Below are positions 19,146 to 25,389 of a stretch of 64,000 nt of DNA, piece after piece. Position numbers and translations under genes: made by a program. Every line of letters starts with the position of its first letter. Within the stretch, counting starts at the first letter, position 1. Source of the DNA: Xanthobacteraceae bacterium (GTDB lineage Bacteria > Pseudomonadota > Alphaproteobacteria > Rhizobiales > Xanthobacteraceae); NCBI GenBank assembly GCA_030041005.1, contig JASHOR010000094.1, forward strand, positions 3,064 to 67,063, read 5' to 3'. The notes under the pieces were generated by a model, which searched no databases, was not told where the DNA came from, and worked only from the letters and a program-made list of their open reading frames with translations.

Positions 19146-19879
19146 TGTCCGGACGAGCCTCCATACTCGAAGCCGAGCGTGTCGGTCCGCGCGGCGGGAC
19201 GCCGTCGATTATCATAGCGCCGTCGGTGCTGTCGGCCGATTTCGCCCGATTGGGTGAAGAAGTCCGCGCTGTCGATAGAGCCGGCGCGGACTGGATTCAT
19301 GTGGACGTGATGGACGGCCGTTTCGTTCCCAACATCACCATCGGACCCGCTGTGCTCCAGGCGATTCGGCGCTCGACGGCAAAACCGCTCAACGTTCATT
19401 TGATGATCGTGGAGCCGGAACGCTATATCGGCGCGTTCGCCGGCGCCGGCGCCGATCATCTTCTGGTGCAGGCCGAGCCGGGCTCGACAATCCATCTGCA
19501 CCGGGTGCTGTCAAAAATCCGCGCGCTCGGCAGGAAGGCGGGCGCGGTACTCGATCCGGCTACTCCGCCGGAGCTTGTCGAATACGTCCTGCATCTCTGC
19601 GACGTTATTCTGGTGATGACCGTCAATCCGGGATTCGGCGGCCAAAACTTCCTTCCCGAAATGCTGCCCAAGATTCTGCGCCTGCGCGCGATGTGCGCGG
19701 AGCGCGGCCTGCACCCCGTGATCGAAGTCGACGGGGGCGAGAACGCGACAACGGCCGCAGAGGCGGCCGCCGCCGGCGCAACGGCGATCGTTGCGGGCTC
19801 GGCAATCTTTGGAACAAAAAATTACGCCAAGGCGATTGCCGAGCTTCGCGCCAAGGCAACGGCGGCGGTGATGTCATGA
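19142..19879 (+). CDS. rpe: Ribulose-phosphate 3-epimerase
   Basis: The product contains 'IAPSVLSADFARLGEEV', 'WIHVDVMDGRFVPNITIGP', 'VMTVNPGFGGQNF' and 'IEVDGG'. The start overlaps the pgl stop (ATGA at 19142-19145). Confidence 0.9.
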   Translation: MMSGRASILEAERVGPRGGTPSIIIAPSVLSADFARLGEEVRAVDRAGADWIHVDVMDGRFVPNITIGPAVLQAIRRSTAKPLNVHLMIVEPERYIGAFAGAGADHLLVQAEPGSTIHLHRVLSKIRALGRKAGAVLDPATPPELVEYVLHLCDVILVMTVNPGFGGQNFLPEMLPKILRLRAMCAERGLHPVIEVDGGENATTAAEAAAAGATAIVAGSAIFGTKNYAKAIAELRAKATAAVMS

Positions 19880-21171
19880 ATACCACCCCTGCCCCGCTCC
19901 GTGCTGACCGGGACGCCCTCAAACGGGCGGCCGCCGAGGCCGCGGTGCAAATGGTCGAGAACGATATGGTCGTCGGGCTCGGCACCGGCTCGACGGCGGC
20001 TTTCGCCGTCGAGGCACTCGCACGGCGTCATCGGCAAGGCCTGCGCTTTGTCGGCATTCCGACGTCGGAGCAGACGGCCGCACAGGCGAAGGCCGCGGGC
20101 ATTCCGCTGACCTCGTTCGGCGCGCATCGCCAGATCGATCTCACAATCGATGGCGCCGATGAAGTCGAGCGCGGCACGCTCAATCTGATCAAGGGACTGG
20201 GTGGAGCGCTGTTGCGCGAGAAGATCGTCGCTGCGGCGAGCCATCGCCTTGCGATCGTCGTCGACGGCGGCAAGATGGTGGACCGACTCGGTACGCGAGC
20301 CTCCCTTCCCGTCGAGGTGGTCGCCTTCGGGCTGGAGGCAACCCGCGAAACGCTCGAAGTGCTCGGCGCCAGTGCGCATACACGCATGTCGTCGGGCGAG
20401 CCCTTCGTCACCGACAGCGGCAACCGCATTCTCGATTGCGATTTTGGCCGCATCAACGATCCGGCGCGGCTGGAGGAGCGCATCAAGCGCGTCGTCGGCG
20501 TCGTGGAAAGCGGACTTTTCGTCGGCCGTGCCGATCCGGTTTTCGTGGCCGATGCGGCCGGTGTCCACCGTCTCAACAGCCCGCGCGCTCATCGCGGCAC
20601 TCCGCCGATCCTGGTGATCATGGGCGTGTCGGGGTCCGGCAAATCGACGATCGCAGAAGAACTTTCGGCGCGGCTGGGCTGGCCGTTCGAGGAAGGCGAT
20701 TCGCTTCATCCGGAGTCAAACATCGCCAAGATGCATGCCGGCATCCCGCTCACGGATGCCGACCGTTTGCCGTGGCTGCAGCGCGTGGCCGCCTGGATCG
20801 ACGGGCAGCGCGCCAAGAAGCAACCGGGCATCATCACCTGCTCCGCGCTCGAGCGAAGCTATCGCCAGATCATCATCGGTGACCGGCCCGAGGTGCGATT
20901 GGTCTATCTGCGCGGCGGTTGGGATTCGCTCGCCGAACATCTGGCGGGGCGCCATGACCATTTCATGCCCGCGTCGTTGCTGCGAAGCCAGATCGACACA
21001 CTCGAAGAGCCGGACCCCGGCGAGAGCCCGCTGACGGTCGATGCGAGCGTTTCCGCCACGCAGGTCGCCGACGAGATCATCAAGCTTCTCGGAACTTCGG
21101 CAACTCTTTCGCAAGGTACGGCGGCGCAGCAAACCGAAGGCGCCAGCATGAACCGGCGCACCAGCGCATAG
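19876..21171 (+). CDS. rpiA: Fusion protein: ribose-5-phosphate isomerase A (N-terminal) plus gluconokinase (C-terminal)
   Basis: The N-terminal half contains 'VVGLGTGSTAAFAVEAL', 'IDLTIDGADEV' and 'LIKGLGGALLREKIVA' (RpiA). The C-terminal half contains 'ILVIMGVSGSGKSTIAEELSARLGWPFEEGDSLHPESNIAKMHAGIPLTDADRLPWL...ITCSALERSYRQ' (GntK P-loop and signature). The ATG at 19876 overlaps the rpe stop. Confidence 0.85.
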   Translation: MNTTPAPLRADRDALKRAAAEAAVQMVENDMVVGLGTGSTAAFAVEALARRHRQGLRFVGIPTSEQTAAQAKAAGIPLTSFGAHRQIDLTIDGADEVERGTLNLIKGLGGALLREKIVAAASHRLAIVVDGGKMVDRLGTRASLPVEVVAFGLEATRETLEVLGASAHTRMSSGEPFVTDSGNRILDCDFGRINDPARLEERIKRVVGVVESGLFVGRADPVFVADAAGVHRLNSPRAHRGTPPILVIMGVSGSGKSTIAEELSARLGWPFEEGDSLHPESNIAKMHAGIPLTDADRLPWLQRVAAWIDGQRAKKQPGIITCSALERSYRQIIIGDRPEVRLVYLRGGWDSLAEHLAGRHDHFMPASLLRSQIDTLEEPDPGESPLTVDASVSATQVADEIIKLLGTSATLSQGTAAQQTEGASMNRRTSA

Positions 21172-21289
21172 ATCGAGCAATGGTCCAAGGATTGCCAGCG
21201 ATCCGAGGCCGCACGGCAGCCAGCGTGGAAGAGGGCCGCGGCGGAAGAAGAGCGGACCAGAGGCGGTCCCGCAGATTGATCTATTCGCG

Positions 21290-23818
21290 ATGACCGACCA
21301 AAAATTGGGACGACGGATTGGCCTTCGAAATGCACGGCGCGTGCCGGCCCACGCTGCGCGCACGAGTTCCCCTGCCCCTCCGGCAATCCTCATCGTCACA
21401 GGCGTCTCAGGCAGCGGGAAGACGACGGTGGCAGCCGCGCTCGCCCAACGACTCGGATGGCCGTTGCAGGAAGGTGACGAACTCGATCCGACGGTGTTCG
21501 CCAAGATGCAATCCGCTCATCCGCTCGATGTCCGCGAGCGTTGGTCCTGGCTCGAGAAGGTGGCGGCATGGATCGACGGTTGCCGCCGGCTCGGCAGGGG
21601 CGGCGTAATCACCTGCCCGGCGCTCAGGCGCATCTATCGCGACTTCCTGACCCGTGGCCGACTGGAGACTCGTGTCGTTTATCTGCACGCCGAAGGACCG
21701 CTGATCGAGCGGCGCCTGGCCGCGCGCAAAGAGCATCCGATCCCTAAAGACATCCTCGACCATCGCTTCGAGAGCCTGGAGGAGCCCGATCCCGACGAAA
21801 ATCCTATCGTCGTGGACGTAAGCAGTCCCGTGGAGGATATCGTCGCAGACGTTCTGCGCGGGCTCGCTCCGCAGGCGCCCGAGAACCGATCGGCTGTGGT
21901 GGCCCGCGACAGCACCGAGCGGCCTGCCAACCCGAGGGTCAGACCTTGCGGGCCGCATTCGGATTCAAGCCCTGCGGCGGTATCAAGGGGATCCATAAGG
22001 GCCGACCTTCCACTCGATATAGAGGATTATGCGCTGATCGGGGATTGCACGACCGCTGCTCTCGTCGGTCGCAACGGCTCGATCGACTGGTTGTGCTGGC
22101 CGCGCTTTGACGGCAATGCCTTGTTCGCCGCGCTTCTTGGCACCTCCGAACACGGCCGATGGCGAATCTTTCCCGCCGACCCGAGGCCAACCGTCAGCCG
22201 CGCCTACCACGATGGCACGTTGGTTTTGGAGACGCAGTTCGACACGGCGGATGGCCGTGTTGCCCTGATCGATTTCATGCCGACCGGTCGCGCCGGCTCG
22301 TCGGTCATCCGCTTGGTGAAAGGCCTCCGTGGCAAGGTGGCGATGCAATTGCACCTGGTGCTGCGGTTCGACTACGGCATCACCGTGCCGTGGGTGACGC
22401 AGTTGGATGATGGACCTGGACTGGGCGCTGTTGCCGGGCCCATCCAGGTGGTGCTGCGCTCCCCTGTCCCGTTACAGGGCAAGAATTTCGCGACCGTCGC
22501 GGAGTTTGACGTTGCCGAAGGGCAATGTATCCCGTTCGTGTTGACGCATGCCCCGTCTCATCTGCCGTGCCCTCCTGCGGTGGACTGGAGCGCGGCCCTT
22601 GAGGAAACGGAATCGTTCTGGCGCGGTTGGTCGTGCCGTTGCGCCCATGCCGGCCCGTGGAGGGACGCGGTCGTACGCTCCTTGTTGACGCTCAAGGCTC
22701 TCACCTACGCTGAGACCGGCGGGATCATCGCCGCACCCACCACCTCGCTGCCGGAACAGCTCGGTGGGGAGCGCAACTGGGATTACCGCTACTGCTGGCT
22801 GCGAGATGCGACCTTTACATTGATGGCGCTGGCGTCGGCGGGCTATCGCGACGAGGCGGAGGCGTGGGGACAATGGCTCGAGCGCAGCGTGGCGGGAAGC
22901 CCGGACCAGCTCCAGATCATGTATGGGCTGGCGGGCGAGCGGCAGCTCATCGAGTGGGAAGTGCCGTGGCTGCCGGGTTACCAGGGTGGCGCCGTGCCGG
23001 TCCGTATCGGCAATGCAGCGTCCGCCCAACTTCAGCTTGATGTCTATGGCGAGCTTGCCGACGCCTTCTACCAGTCACGAACGCACGGCCTTGGTCACCT
23101 CGGGACAGCCTGGGCGCTGCAACGGAGGTTGGTCGAGCATCTGGAACAGATCTGGGAGCAACCAGACAATGGGATCTGGGAAGTGAGAGGCGGTCTGCGC
23201 CATTTTACCTTCTCAAAGATCATGGCGTGGGTCACTCTGGACCGCACGGTGCGCGATGCCGAGCGGTTCAAGTTTCAGGTGCCGCTCGACTCCTGGCGCA
23301 AACTCCGCGACCGCATGCACGCGACGATTTGTGAGCGCGGATTCGACAGCGAGCGCAACACCTTTATCCAGAGCTTTGGCAACAAGGAGCTTGACGCGAG
23401 TCTGCTGCTGATGCCCTTCGTCGGCTTCCTGCCGGCGGACGATCCGCGCGTGCGTGGCACGGTCGCAGCGATCGAGCGGGAGCTCACGGTTGACGGCCTC
23501 GTGTTGCGATATCGAACGCAGGCGCAAATCGACGGCCTGCCGCCGGGAGAAGGCATGTTTCTTCCGTGCAGCTTCTGGCTTGCCAGCAATTACAGGCTGC
23601 AGAACCGCGACGCTGAAGCACGCGCCCTGTTCGAACGTCTGCTCTCGCTGCGCAACGATGTCGGCCTGCTGGCGGAAGAATACGATCCTCAAGCACGGCG
23701 GCAGGTCGGAAATTTTCCGCAGGCGTTCTCGCACCTCGCCCTCATCATGACCGCCCAGAGCTTGCAAGATGTCGGCCCCGCGCAGCAGCGCGGGCAAGGA
23801 GCCAGACCCGCCTCGTGA
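21290..23818 (+). CDS. Fusion protein: divergent gluconokinase-like P-loop domain (N-terminal) plus glycoside hydrolase family 15 (glucoamylase/trehalase-type, C-terminal)
   Basis: The N-terminal part contains 'ILIVTGVSGSGKTTVAAALAQRLGWPLQEGDELDPTVFAKMQSAHPLDVRERWSWL...ITCPALRRIYRD'. The C-terminal part contains 'IEDYALIGDCTTAALVGRNGSIDWLCWPRFD', 'GERNWDYRYCWLRDATFT', 'LQLDVYGE' and 'NFPQAFSHLALI', which are GH15 hallmarks. Confidence 0.8.
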   Translation: MTDQKLGRRIGLRNARRVPAHAARTSSPAPPAILIVTGVSGSGKTTVAAALAQRLGWPLQEGDELDPTVFAKMQSAHPLDVRERWSWLEKVAAWIDGCRRLGRGGVITCPALRRIYRDFLTRGRLETRVVYLHAEGPLIERRLAARKEHPIPKDILDHRFESLEEPDPDENPIVVDVSSPVEDIVADVLRGLAPQAPENRSAVVARDSTERPANPRVRPCGPHSDSSPAAVSRGSIRADLPLDIEDYALIGDCTTAALVGRNGSIDWLCWPRFDGNALFAALLGTSEHGRWRIFPADPRPTVSRAYHDGTLVLETQFDTADGRVALIDFMPTGRAGSSVIRLVKGLRGKVAMQLHLVLRFDYGITVPWVTQLDDGPGLGAVAGPIQVVLRSPVPLQGKNFATVAEFDVAEGQCIPFVLTHAPSHLPCPPAVDWSAALEETESFWRGWSCRCAHAGPWRDAVVRSLLTLKALTYAETGGIIAAPTTSLPEQLGGERNWDYRYCWLRDATFTLMALASAGYRDEAEAWGQWLERSVAGSPDQLQIMYGLAGERQLIEWEVPWLPGYQGGAVPVRIGNAASAQLQLDVYGELADAFYQSRTHGLGHLGTAWALQRRLVEHLEQIWEQPDNGIWEVRGGLRHFTFSKIMAWVTLDRTVRDAERFKFQVPLDSWRKLRDRMHATICERGFDSERNTFIQSFGNKELDASLLLMPFVGFLPADDPRVRGTVAAIERELTVDGLVLRYRTQAQIDGLPPGEGMFLPCSFWLASNYRLQNRDAEARALFERLLSLRNDVGLLAEEYDPQARRQVGNFPQAFSHLALIMTAQSLQDVGPAQQRGQGARPAS

Positions 23819-23846
23819 ACTATAGCGGAGTCCGATCAGATTGAAT

Positions 23847-23975
23847 CGTCATTGCGAGCCAAGGGAAGCGCGCGAAGTCGCGCGGTCCGACGACAGGCTC
23901 CGCGAAGCAATCCAGCGCCGAAAAGATCAAATTATGGATTGCTTCGTCGCCCCGCCGGGGCTCCTCGCAATGACG
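23847..23975. repeat. Nested-palindrome intergenic REP-like element
   Basis: The outer arms are 'cgtcattgcgag' / 'ctcgcaatgacg' and the inner arms 'gcgaagcaatcca' / 'tggattgcttcg'. A second copy in opposite orientation lies at 45948-46056. The element generates spurious ORFs such as '..EAI.NLIFSALDCFAEP..'. Confidence 0.85.
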
Positions 23976-24026
23976 CCGCAGACCGCCGTACGATCGGATC
24001 ATGGTCCGGCATGAGGAGGTACGACG

Positions 24027-25298
24027 TTGACCCAAGTGGCCGTGCCGTCGGCGACCGCAGATATCTCGCCTGCCGCGGCGAGCCTCCGCGGCCTCGACTG
24101 GGTCAATTTCTTCCTCGCCGGGGCATTGGCGGGCTTCGGTCCCTACGTGGCCGTCTATCTGGCCGAGCAGGAATGGAGGCAGGAGAATATCGGCTTCGTT
24201 CTGAGCGCAAGTGCGCTTGCCGGTCTGCTCAGTCAGATGCCAGGGGGCGAGCTGCTGGACAACACCCGCTCGAAGCGGGCGATCGTGGCGCTGGGCATGC
24301 TGGTGGTGGCTATCAGCTCCATCATTCTTGAATTACGGCCGACCTTTTCGCTGGTTCTGATCGGGCTGACGTTATTCGGAATCACCGGCGGGATACTGGG
24401 TCAGGCGATCGCCGCGATCAGCCTTGGACTGGTCGGCCACACGGCCCTTCCTGAACGGCTAGGGCGCAATCAGCGCTTTGCTGCGTCGGGAAGTCTTGCC
24501 GCGGCGGCCCTCATGGGCCTGATTGGATATGCCTTCTCGTACCAGGCGATATTCTTGGTGGTCATTGCGCTCACGATGCCTGTATTTGTTGCTCTCGGTC
24601 AAATCCATGGGGCCGACGTTCACTTTGGCCGCTCCACCGGAGTCCCGCATCACCACACGCGCGATCGACCCGCGAGAGCCGGCCGTCTGGGCCTGTGCAA
24701 GAACCCGGGCTTGCTCGTTTTTGCCGCCTGCGTGTTCCTGTTTCAGCTCAGCAACGCCTCAGTGTTGCCGCTCGCCGGCGAGTCCTTGATATACAAGGGA
24801 CAGAGCGGTTCGTCCCTGATCGTATCGGCATGGATCATCCTGCCGCAGATCGTCGTTGCCGCGATAGGTCCCTGCGTCGGACGAGAGGCAAAAAACCGGG
24901 GCCGGCGGCCGCTCCTGCTCATCGGACTGGGCGCATTGCCCGTCCGTACGTTGTTGTTCGCGTTGTTCCCGCAGCCGCAGGCGATCCTTGCGTTTCAGTT
25001 GCTGGACGGCGTCAGCGGAGCGGTCATTGGCGTGTTGACGGCACTGATTATTGCCGATCTGACGAACGGCACCGGCCGCTTCAATCTGGCGCAAGGTCTG
25101 GTCGGCACGGCGTCGGGGATCGGCGCTACGCTGAGCACCACGCTGTTTGGTATTGTAGCGAATGATTTTGGGCGAACAATCGTATTTCTGAGCATTGCAG
25201 CGTCGGCTTTTGCCGCCGTGTTGATCGTCTGGTTTTTGATGCCGGAGACGAGACCGCCGACCAAGGGCCGGCCCGGGAAACAAACTCATCAACCTTGA
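24027..25298 (+). CDS. MFS transporter
   Basis: The 423 aa product starts at a TTG and has about 12 hydrophobic segments. The N-terminus reads 'LDWVNFFLAGALAGFGPYVAVYL'. Confidence 0.8.
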   Translation: MTQVAVPSATADISPAAASLRGLDWVNFFLAGALAGFGPYVAVYLAEQEWRQENIGFVLSASALAGLLSQMPGGELLDNTRSKRAIVALGMLVVAISSIILELRPTFSLVLIGLTLFGITGGILGQAIAAISLGLVGHTALPERLGRNQRFAASGSLAAAALMGLIGYAFSYQAIFLVVIALTMPVFVALGQIHGADVHFGRSTGVPHHHTRDRPARAGRLGLCKNPGLLVFAACVFLFQLSNASVLPLAGESLIYKGQSGSSLIVSAWIILPQIVVAAIGPCVGREAKNRGRRPLLLIGLGALPVRTLLFALFPQPQAILAFQLLDGVSGAVIGVLTALIIADLTNGTGRFNLAQGLVGTASGIGATLSTTLFGIVANDFGRTIVFLSIAASAFAAVLIVWFLMPETRPPTKGRPGKQTHQP

Positions 25299-25389
25299 CG
25301 AGCCTCACCTCGAAGGCAAATCGTCCCGGGCGACATTTGCCGATCGGTCGGTGCCAGGCCGACTTCGAGCGCGATGAAAAGTGCGTGTC

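Noticed and set aside
23820-24035. A 71 aa ORF, and its counterpart 45942..46175, containing 'HCE.PR.G.EAI.NLIFSALDCFAEP'.
   Set aside because: Both are translations of the nested-palindrome REP-like element, so the similarity between them reflects the DNA repeat rather than a protein family.
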